Shown here: piece by piece, positions 10,669-22,496 of the stretch
Layout of the letters: the number at the start of each line of letters is the position of its first letter
Position numbering within the stretch: position 1 is the stretch's first letter
DNA from: Felis catus
Lineage: Eukaryota
NCBI RefSeq assembly: GCF_018350175.1
Contig: NC_058377.1
Location: 61,876,001-61,940,000, forward strand
DNA length: 64,000 bases
Direction: 5' to 3'
The notes under the pieces: model-generated
Told to the model about the DNA's origin: nothing
Databases searched by the model: none
Seen by the model: only the letters and a program-made list of their open reading frames with translations
Translations under genes and position numbers: made by a program

Positions 10669-11304
10669 AGATGAGGAGAACAAAGGCAAGAGAAATGTAG
10701 CTGAAATTAAACCTCTTTACAGCTTGCAGCCCACTGATATGTACCTGAAACATGCAGACCATGACCTTCCTCAAGGAACTCATGGCTGCCTGAGTGCCTT
10801 AATGTTTATGTTTTATTAAAGACTGAAGGTAACATTATCCTTTTTGTAAATATTTATTTATTTTGGGGAAGAACACAAGGAGGGGAGGGGCAGAGAGAGA
10901 GGGGGACAGAGAATCCAAAGCAGGCTTTGTGCTGACAGCAGGGAGCCCGATGCGGAGCTTGAACTCATGAACCGCAAGATCATGACCTGAGCCGAAGTCA
11001 GATGTTCAACTGACTGAGACACCCAGGTGCCCCTAAAGGTAACCATATCTAAACAGCATCTAGCCCTGCAAGGTCCTCAAAGTCTTGCTTTAAAATTCTG
11101 TAGAAACTTACTTTATCTCTATCCACCCTCCTTCCACCAACTTAGAAGTAGACAATCAGTCACTCCTCACATTCCCAGTGCAGCTGTTTCTGCTCACAGG
11201 TCCTGTCCCCATGCTTTAATAAAAATCACCTTTTTGCACCCAAAATGTCTCAAGAATCCTTTCTTGGCCATTAACTCTCAAGCACAAACCTTCAAATCCT
11301 ATCA
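10669..11304 (+). mobile_element. Solo ERV1-type LTR with nested SINE, unit A only
   Basis: Ends (a)GATGAGG...CCTATCA; 4-bp TSD GGTC; AATAAA at ~11218. Unit B has a single GGTC empty site at ~26098. Confidence 0.75.
10841..11033 (-). mobile_element. CAN-SINE nested in the LTR
   Basis: TSD aaggtaacattatcc / aaggtaaccatatct. Confidence 0.9.
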
Positions 11305-12110
11305 GGTCAATGAAAACACAGAATAAATTAGAACGAGATTTATGATAGGATAGGATTCCTGACCCCCATGCCTCATAGTAAGACTCACAGTAAACTCAAT
11401 ATAACTAGAATGTGATGCAGAATTGAGAAAACACACCTCCACGTTGTGTGGCCTTCCATGCAATTAATTTCTGTGTGAGCCCAGGAAGTGGGAGAACCTT
11501 CAGAAATGAGAGCAGGGTAGCAAAGGGCTATGACCAGGCCCCTGGGCATGGCTGACCATCAGCCCCACTTTCTCAGTCCCACTGAGGTTCACCCAACCTC
11601 CAGGAAGCCATCTCCACACTTGATCAGTTCTGCTAGGATGGGACAGCTTTGCTGCTGCCGTTGTGATTCAGCAGGATGAGAAGCGCTCTTCCCCAGAATC
11701 AGGGGTACAGACGATCTTTCTTCTGGGTTACGGTTCTCCCCAGCAAGGGCATTGCCTCGTCAGGAGAATATCCGACCCTCTTTTGTCAGCTGCACATATT
11801 TTCCCACCGTGCTGATGCAGGGTGGACTCAGGACCCTGCACCACTCTGTTTCATGTTCAGGAAAGAGGGGATCCATGTGTTGGTGGCTGTGCACTGAGCA
11901 CAGGAATGCCCTCCAGACAGCTCAGTGGGGTGTGTGCCCTGAAGAGGGCTCAAGTTTCATAGAAACAACAAACAGGTCATGAAGTCAGCAGTCACTTTGT
12001 GAATTACTATCTTCCCAACTTCAAACAAGTAATTGGGTCCCTGCTGAGCAATTACCCCATGCAGGGGAAGAGGAGGACCTCTTATCAAGCAGCACCTGAA
12101 CACGAATGTC

Positions 12111-12530
12111 TGTTGGGAAGGTCATGGAGAAGTCGTGACTGCTGGTTGACCCAAGAGCTGGACCCCAGCAGTGGGGGCTCCTCACCCCTGACCCTGTCCT
12201 TGGAATGTGCATAATCTGTCTTCCTTCTTGCTGAAACAGCCCCAAGGACATGACCTTGAGATAAGTCATGTCTTGCTGAGACCAGGAGGAGGGTATACAA
12301 CGGAGCCCAGTTATGTCCTCTATATAAACCGAGTTCTGGTGCCCGGTGCAGACATCTACTAGCTTGCCACCACCCAAGACAAACCTCCTATCTTTGTTCC
12401 CTTGCTCAGGAGTTCTGCTACCTACCATCTGGGGTGGCCTGCCTCTTTCCTGATCTCTCCTTGCCCTCCAATTAAGGCAGTTGGCTTCAGATGACACCTG
12501 GGACACTTCCCAGGAGCTTGAGAAGCAACA
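12111..12530 (+). mobile_element. Carnivore ERV1-type solo LTR (unit A); boundaries uncertain by ~30 bp
   Basis: Internal blocks cagccccaagga, gagcccagtta..cctctatataaac, gccacc..ccaagacaa and ctaccatctggggtggcctgcctctttc are typical of carnivore ERV1 LTRs; TATA-like motif at ~12321. Confidence 0.7.
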
Positions 12531-12599
12531 GCTCAGGTGTAGGGAGCACTGGCAGGCAGGAGTCACATCACTCTCACTGTACTCTCCCGCCTGAAGCAG

Positions 12600-12810
12600 A
12601 GTTGCTGGCCTGGGTCTGCATCTCCGCCCGGGCTCCAGCTTGTGCTGGGCAGGATCACTTTGCTGCAGCTCTGGTAACACTACCTTTGACTCCCCCACCC
12701 AGAGGTGGCGATGGCTTCCTACTGTTGCAAATCTCTAGGTTGTATTCCCTTCTGCTGGTCAGTTTCTCAGCTCTTGAAACCTGTATAAACAATTCTCAGG
12801 ATTCAGCTCA
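12600..12810 (+). mobile_element. Old ERVL LTR fragment (LTR16/LTR33-like)
   Basis: ggtaacact...agaggtggcgatggcttcctactgttgcaaatctct...ttctcagctctt..acctgtataaacaattc resembles the 3' part of LTR16/33. Confidence 0.45.
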
Positions 12811-14199
12811 TTGTGTTTTGTTTTGGGTTTTTTGTGTTTTTTTTGTACTGGTTATTATGTTACTTTCCCTCTGTCTCGATCTCACCCTTTAAGCTATTCT
12901 TTGTGATTATGAGGCTGGGCCTCTGTAAATGGCATTTCTCCTTCTCCAACCCGTTCCCCAAATCTGTAAATGAGGGTGAGAGGGGCTGCGGTAGGAAGGA
13001 ATGCCAGTGGCATTATTGGTTCTATTTTACAACTTTCCACGTTGCCAGAACCAGTCTTACCAAGACCTATAAAAGACCTCGGAACAAGCCTGAGAGACCC
13101 CCGGCCAACCTCACCCCCATCTCAAAAGAGTGAGCCTCAGGCACACGGCCTTCTTTGAACTTTTGACACTCCAGAACCACCTAAACAGCACCCACTCTTC
13201 AAAATCTGAGTTTCAGCTCTGAGGGGCTCCTCCTCCAATCTCGTCAGATTTAATACTGCTATCCCCTCCTTCTGTTACCCAGACCCAGAGTTAGAAGTGA
13301 CTTCTGGAATTGACACCTTCACATTCCCTTTTGGTCTCCTTGGTCCTCTAATACTTGGCCAACAATGTTTTACATTATTTTTTTCTCATTCTAAGGAACT
13401 GATGTAGTTATATTCTGACTGTACTATCTCTGGACCCTGGCTTTTGTCTCCTGGGTTAGAGTATGACTAATACATACAAATTCAGTACTGAATACTGCAT
13501 TCTGAGACCCAGGCTAGGGTGTGGAGACACAGTGATGATCAGGAGCACTGGGATCCTTCTCTGGGAGGATTTGTGGTATATTTGGAAATACAAGTGAATC
13601 CATTATTGATGTCTGCATGGAAAGATTATTATCAAGAAAGTAAGGCATACTGTGGGAATAACAGATGTTATATTACACAAATAGAAACACTTGAACAAAA
13701 TAGAAACTAAAATTTCACAGATGTTTATTCAAGAAACACATTCACAATATTTTCATCAAATAGAGCAAGGATCATGAGTTCATCCATTCAACAAATGCTT
13801 ATGAAGCATCTACCAGGAATCCTACATTATTTCAAATAAGGTGGACACAACTGTGAACAAAGTAATCAAGGTTCATTCTGATCATGCCTGTGTTTCACTA
13901 TAGATGACAGGCAACAAACAAGTAATAAGAAAACTTCAAAGCATGAAAGTGGGATGAAGAAAACAAAGTCCAAACTAGGAAGGTACGATTGATATGCTCA
14001 GGCTTGCCACAATGCTTCACACAGTGGCGGGCACTTCATAAAAGCTTCACAGGTATTGATTGAGTAAACAGAGGAAGTTTCAGGAAAATCAGGCATTGTC
14101 AGATTGGCAGTTTGTTTCACTATTTTTTGTTGTCCTTTACAATGGGAACAACTGATGTGGTTACAAGGAGGTAAGGGGAAGCTTTAGCATAGGGTTTGC

Positions 14200-14445
14200 T
14201 CATGTCAAGAAGAAGGAACTGCTTCTGTCACAGCTGTTGCTGAGGAAGAAAGTCAAGATGGAGAAGTAGGAGACAATATGGAGGGAAAAGGGGAGCAGCA
14301 GACAGGTCGGGAGGAGATGAAAAGGTGAGACATCAAGGAGAAGCATGGAAAGGTCTGGAAGAAAGAAGAGTATAAGCAAGAGGAAGGAGAGTAACAGGAA
14401 GAGGAGAAGGAGATTGAGGGGCAAAAAGAGAAAACTCAAGAGGAG
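14200..14445 (+). repeat. Purine-rich (GA) low-complexity tract
   Basis: Strong A/G bias with degenerate gaggaagg units. Confidence 0.7.
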
Positions 14446-14789
14446 GTGAGTAGCAGTGTGATCACCAAGTGCTGTATAGCCACTTAATCCATGGAACTTT
14501 CCTCCTTTCTTTTCCTCTCAGCTTTCAGGGATCATACTTTCTTTAAATTCCTGGAAATTACTCTGATAATCAGCAATCAATCCATGCTTCAACCTTTATT
14601 CCTCCACCAGCCCCAAAGTTCCCCTGCTACAGGTGTCCATGCCCCTGGGCACTATCCTCCCATTGCAGGAGCGAGGGGTCAGTGATGCTTCTACATAATT
14701 GAATGAGGAGTAAATGACCACGTGTAAGGCAAAGATTAAATTGAAAACAGTAGAAAATAAAAGAAAGAAAGCAGTGTGGCATTGTACTG

Positions 14790-15025
14790 ACTGATGTTCA
14801 AATCATTCATTCTGGAGAAATCTATGTGGTGAACATTCCTATGGACAGGGCTGTCCAGCCAGGAACTCAAAGAAACCTCCTGCCAACAGCCACGCGAGCT
14901 TGATAGTGCATCTTCTAAACCTAATCAAGTCCTCAGAGACCACAGCCCCAGCAGGGCCAAATGCATTCTCATGAGAGAATTTCAGCCTGACCACTCAATC
15001 AGGCAACCCCTAGATCCCTGGAGCT
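14790..15025 (+). mobile_element. MLT1-family (MaLR) LTR fragment
   Basis: cctgccaacagccacgcgagcttg...gaccacagcccca...ctcatgagaga...cctagatccctg. Confidence 0.55.
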
Positions 15026-15044
15026 TGATGAATATGACAGAGTT

Positions 15045-15920
15045 CATTTTTTATTTGAATATAGCTAACACACAATATTGCATTGGCTTCAGGTGTACGA
15101 CATAGGGATTCAACAAATCTATATGTTATGCTATGCTCACCATAAATAGAGCTCCCATATTTCACCATACAATGCTATTACAACATAATTGACTATATTC
15201 CCTATGCTGTGCCTTTTATTTGCATGACATAAATAAGTGGAAACCTGTATCTCTCACTCCCTTTCACCTATTTTTGCCTTTCCTTTAGTGCCTCACCTCT
15301 GTCAACTTTCAGATTTTTCTCTGTGTTTATGGGTCTGTTTCTGCTCTTGTTTCTTTTTTTTTCATTGCACATATAAGGATCATATGGGATTTGTCTTTCT
15401 CTGTCTGATTTATTTCACTTAGCATAATATGCTTTGAGTCCATCCATGTTGTTGTAAATGGCAAGGTCTCCTTTTTTTTTGCGGCTGAGTAACATTCCAT
15501 TGTATGTGTATACCACATCTTCTTCATCTACTCGATTATAATGGATATTTGGATTGCTTCCATATCTTGGCTGTTGAAAATACTGCTGCAATAAACATAT
15601 GGTTGCATATATCTTTAAGAATTAGTGTTTTCAGGTTTTCTGGGGTGGGTAAATACTCAGTAGTGGGATTACAGGATCATATGGGATTTCTATTTTAAAT
15701 ATTGGAGGAATCTTCATGCTGTTTTCCACAGTGGCTGTACCAATATGCTTTCCCACAAACAGTGCACAAAGGTTCCTTTTTCTCCAAGTCCTTTCAACAC
15801 TTGCTATTTCTTTACTAAGTAGTTCTAGCCACTCTGACTGGTGGGAGGTGATACCTCCTTGTGCTTTTTATTTGCATTTACCAGATGATGAGTGATATTG
15901 AGCATCTTTTGATGTGTCTG
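15045..15920 (-). mobile_element. Old carnivore/laurasiatherian L1 3' end (L1_Carn/L1MA9-like)
   Basis: T-rich end at ~15045, typical 3' UTR, and the antisense ORF2 C-terminus (track ORF MKKMWYTHTMECYSA). Confidence 0.85.
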
Positions 15921-18910
15921 AAAGCTTTAATCAAGTCTAGGCACAGCCTATACACATAACAATGGTGTTTGATTAATTCACTTATTCATTCACTTTTATT
16001 CAACAGATATTATTAGGCCTCCAGGATATATTAGGCGTAGGTGAGGGAAGCCAGACCTCTTCCATCTTCACAGTTCCCAAAGTAGGTTTTGTAACCATAG
16101 CCTTAGGAAATTGTGAATATATCCCTGATTGACAATACCAGCAACATTCCAGGTAAAATAAAGGAGGAAGTATTGGGGAAGAATTGACTGAGGCCAAAAT
16201 TATGTTCAAATTCATTGGGTGACATTTTCTAAATAGCATGTAATATTCTGAAAATGGCTGGTTGTACTGCTCATATTATTTCTCATCTCATAAAATATTT
16301 GTCAACTTCTAAGTTTTAAAGAAACTTTGAAAATCAGTGGATGGCAATATATGTAAATGATACGGTCATAGCTTATAGGTGATAGCTGCCATTTTACAGA
16401 AACATCTCTAGCTATGTCATGAATAGAGTTCCTCCAGGGGCACACGCCAACCCAAAAGCAGCTGCCAATTTCCTGTATCACACAGAGCCGTGCCAGACTC
16501 TGTAAGACATGGTTTCTGTGATTATGAAGTTGACAATAATGTTACTCAATTCATTCATTCTAAAGGACAACCAAGACCCAGACTCTGGGCTATGTACTGG
16601 GGATAAAGCAATGAATATGACTGGTAGTCCAATTATATTTAATGTTGGACACATTTCAGCAGTACCTGAAAAACACTCCAATGAAGAAATGAAAAGAACC
16701 TAGGGTTCTAATGAAAAAGGTCAATATATTAGGAAAAGAATCACAGAGCAGCTAAAGCTTATAAGGAATCTTGGAGCTGTGGGATTCAGCAGGAAAGGTT
16801 TAGGTGATAGAATTCCATGCAGAGGAAATGATGTGAACACAATGAGGAAGCACAAAGCATGAAAGAGAGTAGTTAGTAACTCGGAATCTGCAACAGCTTC
16901 AGTAAGACGTCTTTTTCAAGAATGTCATAAGTCTAGGATTAGGCAGAGATGGTGGGAAAGAGGAACAACTAGGCATTGGCCACACTCAGCTGCAATCCTT
17001 GCGGAGGGGGGGTTGTGATAAAGAAAATAGGCATCTCCCAAATTGCACAAATACAGCTCAGAAAATAGCCCTTTGAGGAAACAAACTCCAATCTGCCAGG
17101 AGTTTGAAACTGTACACTTACATGGAGCAGAAATGTAAAATGAATTCCCCATATGTCAAAATGGCTAATACATGAGCACAGTGGGTTCTATATCCTAAAT
17201 GAAAGCGCATGGGGAAATTTTGAATTAATTATCAGGGAACCAGTTAGCCACATTTCAAACTCCTTCTCAGAATTCAGTGGTTCTCCACTGGGGTAACTTA
17301 TTCCCCCAGTAATTTATTACACTGAGGTAACTTATTACTTCAGTGTGAGGTATCATACCCTCAGGGGTGAAGCAGCTGCTGTGTGAAGATCAGGGATGCC
17401 ACTAAATATGCCACAATGCAGAGGACATCACACTGAAACAAACGGTCATCCAGCTCAAGATGGTAATATGGGTGAGATGAAAAATCCTGCCCTAATTAAA
17501 GTGCTAAAAAACAGTTGTGAATTAGAGCATTTGAATAATGACTGCTGAAGAGATCTGGTGGGAATTAATGAGTCTTCAGCCCCACGCCACACCCAAGGGA
17601 AAGGGATAGGGAAGTACATCCCATTTGAACTTGGGTCAATACAGAGATACCTCAAGGATTCTACTCAGGAGACATATGTTCCCCCAAAAGTTGGAGAAAG
17701 AAAAACATGGCCGACTGGTTCCTGACTCATGCCTCTACATCTACTCTTCTACATCCTTACAGTTTGCATGACAGACTAATGATGTTCTGAGGAGACTATT
17801 TGTTGCAGTAGGGGCAGGTTGACCATTTCCTGGATGAGCTGTGTGCTAGAGAGAGCTGTCAGGGCGTTGTCTTAGCTCCAGTCCACCAGAGCATAGGGCT
17901 CTACAGGGGTGATGAGTATTTGGAGGAAGACACAAGCAGTCATACAGAGTAAAGAGACATTAATTTAAACCAAGTGAAGAAGAAGTAAACTAGGGAAAGA
18001 GGTTCCACGATAATCTATGAAACACAATGAAAGGGTCAGGTCTAAACATTTCACACACCTACTAAACATGACAGCAGCTAAATGAAACATGCATGAATAA
18101 TGAACCATCCACTTTCCCTTCTCTCTCCTTTCAGAAGAACAAGTCAAAAACCATGGTCAGCGAGTGAGGGATGGGAGAACAGAAATGGGGTGACTCCGAA
18201 CCCTGGAAAGTTCGACTATTATGTGAGCCTGGGCATTGTCAATACACACAGGGCTCACCAGAGGCTGTGTTATCATCTGCAGGGGACCAGAAATCTTAGG
18301 AAACTCAGTTTTCATGCACAGTGGAAGAAAGAACTAGCCTGATTCAATGCAACTAAAGGGGTCTGAGAAGCAAAATTGGTTATGTTCTGCTCATACATTA
18401 CTTGTTGGGCTTGGTCAACATTACAAAATCCTGGGATCCCTTAGAAGACAATGAACTCCCCTCTACCACACCTGCCCATCCTTCACAGACAGTGTCTTGC
18501 CCTGGGTAGAGAATTGGACTGGCTGAATAATTGCTGAGTTCTTTTTCAGATACAGGAGCCCATGCTTTATTCTCACTGGTCTTTAAGGCTCTCCAGAGAC
18601 TAAATTCTTTCCGATGCATGTTCAGACACAAAGCCAGCCTCACTTGCTCTCTCCAGAGGCTTAGAATTAGATAAAAAAGAGCAGGCATGAATTCACTCTA
18701 GCAGATACAGAGGAGTGTGTGTGTTGTTCCCCTGGTGACGTTCCTCTGTTTGGCTTCTGGTGAGTTCTGCAACCCAGTAGTGGGTAGCTAGCTGACTCTT
18801 CTGAGGTTTCTTCTAAGAAAGGGTGAAACTGGGTAAGGGGTGGGGAGATAAAGAAGAATAGAGTGCAGGAAGCTACCAGAATGGAGCTTTTTATTAGAGT
18901 GAGCAGAGCA

Positions 18911-19069
18911 GGGGTCCCTGGGTGGCTCAGTCAGTTAAGTGCCTGACTCCAGCTCAAGTCACGATCTCACAGTTTGCGAGTCCAAGCCCCAAATCGGGCT
19001 CTGCACTGACATCTCAGAGCCTGGGGCCTCATTCGGATTCTGTCTCCCTGTCTCTCTGCCCCCTCTTGA

Positions 19070-19107
<38 letters not shown>

Positions 19108-19135
19108 GAATAAATAATAAACATTAAAAAAAAAC
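18911..19135 (+). mobile_element. CAN-SINE shared by both units (unit B copy)
   Basis: Same site and same two TSD variants as the 4450 copy. Confidence 0.92.
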
Positions 19136-21399
19136 TTAGAATGAGCAGATCAGATGCAAAGTCCCTGGACTTGGGGGTCCTATTCCGGCTTTGCCACTAA
19201 CTTGTTAACTCTGGGTCATGCACTGTTTCTCCAGAGAGCTCACGTTGCAGATTCAGTGAACTTGGGATCCATGTTCCTATGATTCATTAACATTATAGCA
19301 GTTCAGGGTGAAGAATAGGATCAGGGCACAGGCAAATTTCAGAAATCCAGGAAGCAAGGTGATCACAAATTACAACACGGATCAAACCCACTGCTGAGCG
19401 TGCAGATGTTCAACATTTGTACTTGTCATATGAATTCTGAGACAAAGTCTGTAAAAGTCACCTGGGAGATTAAAAGTGTAGTCAAATCAGCTAGTTCTAA
19501 ATTTTACAGCGGTTTGGCATAGCCAAGCATGTCTAATCTTTTTCTATTCCTGCCCTTGATTCCAAATGCTGGTCATCAGCAGAGCCTCTCTGTTCACCCC
19601 CAACTCCTTCTCAGCCTGTCTTTGCCTTCTTGAAGCTCTGTAGCAAACCTTCACAGGCATTCTCTCTTTGACTAGAAAGTAAAAAGTAAAAGGACTTCAG
19701 AGCCATAAAGGATAATATGTGGGAGAAGAGTGATAAAGGGGAGGAGACTCGATCTAGACAGAGAACTTGAACTTCCCAAGCCCACACGGCCAGGACAAGC
19801 CCCATCCAGGGGAAATGCCAGGGCTCCTCACCCCCTCCAGAGCCTGTTCCCCTAAACCACTCTGGCCCCTCTGTGGCTTCAGAGAAAGGAAAGTTCAGAG
19901 CCAGGACAAGGGAACTGGAGTCCCGCATTGGAGACAAGAACTTCTGCATCTTGTTGGCCACGTGAATCTGCCTTTAGCCTTCCTCTTTGTTCGATAGTGT
20001 CTGAAATCTCCATGCAGAAATGTGAGCTCTGTTTTCCTTCTCAGCATCTTCTCCAACACCTCAATGGGTCTCAAAGACTGAACTGGACATTATAGAGTCT
20101 TACAGATCTTTACTCAGATGAGGTGTTATCACCTGTTTCCATGGTCTAAGAGGCAGGCTCACTTGGGGTAGCCTCCACCTCTGTCATAGATTCACTGGTG
20201 ACATAGATATAAGTTCCTGGCAGGGTATCTGGCACGTAATGTGCTCAGCAAGGATTGGTTTTCTCTCACTGATTTCTTTTCTTCACATGCACCCAGACCC
20301 CCCCCACACAAGGTGAGCCACTACTGGGAATGATAAAGGATGTGCTCCTGGGGTGTCCGGCAGCCTTTTTCCCACAAATGCTTCAACTCAGATCCCTACA
20401 CGCACGATGGCTTTTGCCCTGTCCTGCACAGAATCCTGCTGTCTGAAGCCTGTTTTCTTCTTTTTCTTCTCCCTTCTCTTTCTGTTCCTTTCACCTTTGC
20501 TCACTTCTCTTCTGTTTTTTTTTTTCCTTCCATGAGTTTTTTATGATAATTGCAGTCAGGTGGGGGAAAATAGAGATGAATGGGGTTGTTCAGTCCTGGA
20601 TCCCAAGCATCACGTGTCTGGAGAGAGGCAGGTATGCACAGACTGATTCTAGGACCAGAAAGGATGTAATCAGTAACACAGAGAATGGCCGCATACTTCC
20701 TGGGAACCATAAGATGATCCAAATTATAAATTTTCCCATAAACTCTGTAATATTCGCCTTGTAATAATGCTGAATTAAGGGTCATCCAAGAATTTCTATG
20801 GCCTTTGTATACCTGGGGCTCTCAGGTCCTTTTTCTTCCATCCTGATCAGCAAGGATTCTGAGATTGTGCTGTGACCATGCTTTGTTAGGTTTGAGAGAG
20901 GAAGGGGAAACAAAATATTTACGGAGTTTTCTCCTATAGGAGGGTGCCTTAGCCTGATACTGTTTTGCCAGATGAAAAGTCTTCCAGCCCTCTCTGTCTT
21001 CATCCATCATGAGGGGCTGGAGGTGAAAGAATTCCCAGAACATCAGAATGCTGGAGGTTACAAAATGTAATCACTCTCACAGAGAAATGGCGGTGGGTTA
21101 GCCTCTGGGATTGGAGTCAGGAACACATGTCATGGTAGAATAGCTGAGTAATAGTACATGAGGGTGCGTCTATGTTGTGAGGGGTTAATAATGTGGGCAC
21201 AGGAGTCTACACACATGTAAGTGACATGCTGTTGATGGTCGAACTCTGCATGTACATTGTGTGTTGTGTGCATACAAAATCTGCATATATGTCCGTGTGG
21301 ACTGAGTGTATGAGCACCACAGGGCACATGCATGTTCAAGAGTGTGAATGTCAAGAATAAGAGTTGAATATATCTGTGCAATAAAAGTAAGTGTGTGAG

Positions 21400-21546
21400 G
21401 GGCTCCTGGGTGGCTCAGTCAGTTAAGTTTCTGACTTCGGCTCAGGTCATGATCTCCTGGTTCATGAGTTCAAGTCCCGCGTTGGCCTCTGTGCTGACTC
21501 CTTCAGATTCTGTGTCTCCCTCTCTCTCTCTTCCCATCCCCAGATA

Positions 21547-21598
<52 letters not shown>

Positions 21599-21634
21599 TA
21601 AAAAATAAGTACTCATTTAAAAAATTAAAAAAGA
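21400..21634 (+). mobile_element. CAN-SINE, unit B only
   Basis: TSD aagtgtgtgag at 21389-99 and 21635-45. Confidence 0.9.
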
Positions 21635-22496
21635 AAGTGTGTGAGAGACAGCAGTGCAAGTGCAAGGTGCTCTTTCTAAGAGCAGGAATGGGATCCTGGT
21701 GAGGCTGTTGTGAAGGTACATGTCTCTGAGATAAAGGATATTTTGAAAGTATATATGACTATGTAAGGGGGTGAAAGCCTGGTGTTTGGTGCAATGCCCT
21801 TCCACAAGCTGAATGGTAGCATAACTATAGAATATTTAAGAGAGAAGTAATAATGTTTCCAAAACGAGGAACACCTTTGTGCATTTCCACAACGTTTTCT
21901 TGTTCTTTTTGTTTTGTTCTTTTGGAGCACTTCTGCCAATAAAAGGCTGGTGTCCAGAGGTGGTCAATTTTCTCCATAGCCCATGGACCCTTCCCCTCTC
22001 TCACATAGCACATCATCATTCAAACTAGCTCTCAGAAATGCTGTGATTAGTCGAAGACACCTCTGGTTAACCATTTTCAGGAAAATGTTTAATACTTCCA
22101 AGAGCTATTGTAACTCTAATTCCTGGTTGTCTTTACAATGACAACCTATGGATTATACTTCACATATTTGCATTCAATGATGCTCTTAAAACTAATTGAA
22201 ATATAGAAAATTTTCTTTGTACCTAAGTAATATTTTTGAAGCATTCTCAATGTCTTAATTTTCTTCATAAAATAGAGGAAAATTAGCCCTTCCTGGGGCC
22301 TGCTGACCATAAAATGAAGAAAGAAAGTTTGCCTACATTTACTTCTAACCAGTGATTTCAGGAAGGCATCAGTTTCCAACTGTGTAGACTTCACCCCCTG
22401 TGTGTCTTACTCCCTGGCTTCTTGCCCTCTAGTAGGGGCAACTCTCAGAAGTCCCCAAGTTCCAATCCTGAAAAGTGCCCTGGCCTCCCCCCGACC

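Larger units (their letters stand above)
1..12550 (+). repeat. Tandem segmental duplication, unit A (begins left of the window)
   Basis: Collinear similarity to unit B: 1-565 with 13420-13952, 1250-2000 with 15940-16720, 2480-6090 with 16921-20585, 6990-8135 with 22345-23490, 8480-10190 with 23810-26000, and 11351-12213 with 26141-27003. Confidence 0.93.

Noticed and set aside
12021-12698. 225-aa minus-strand ORF
   Set aside because: It runs across an LTR and an LTR16-like relic, is not preserved in unit B, and shows no gag, pol or env motifs.
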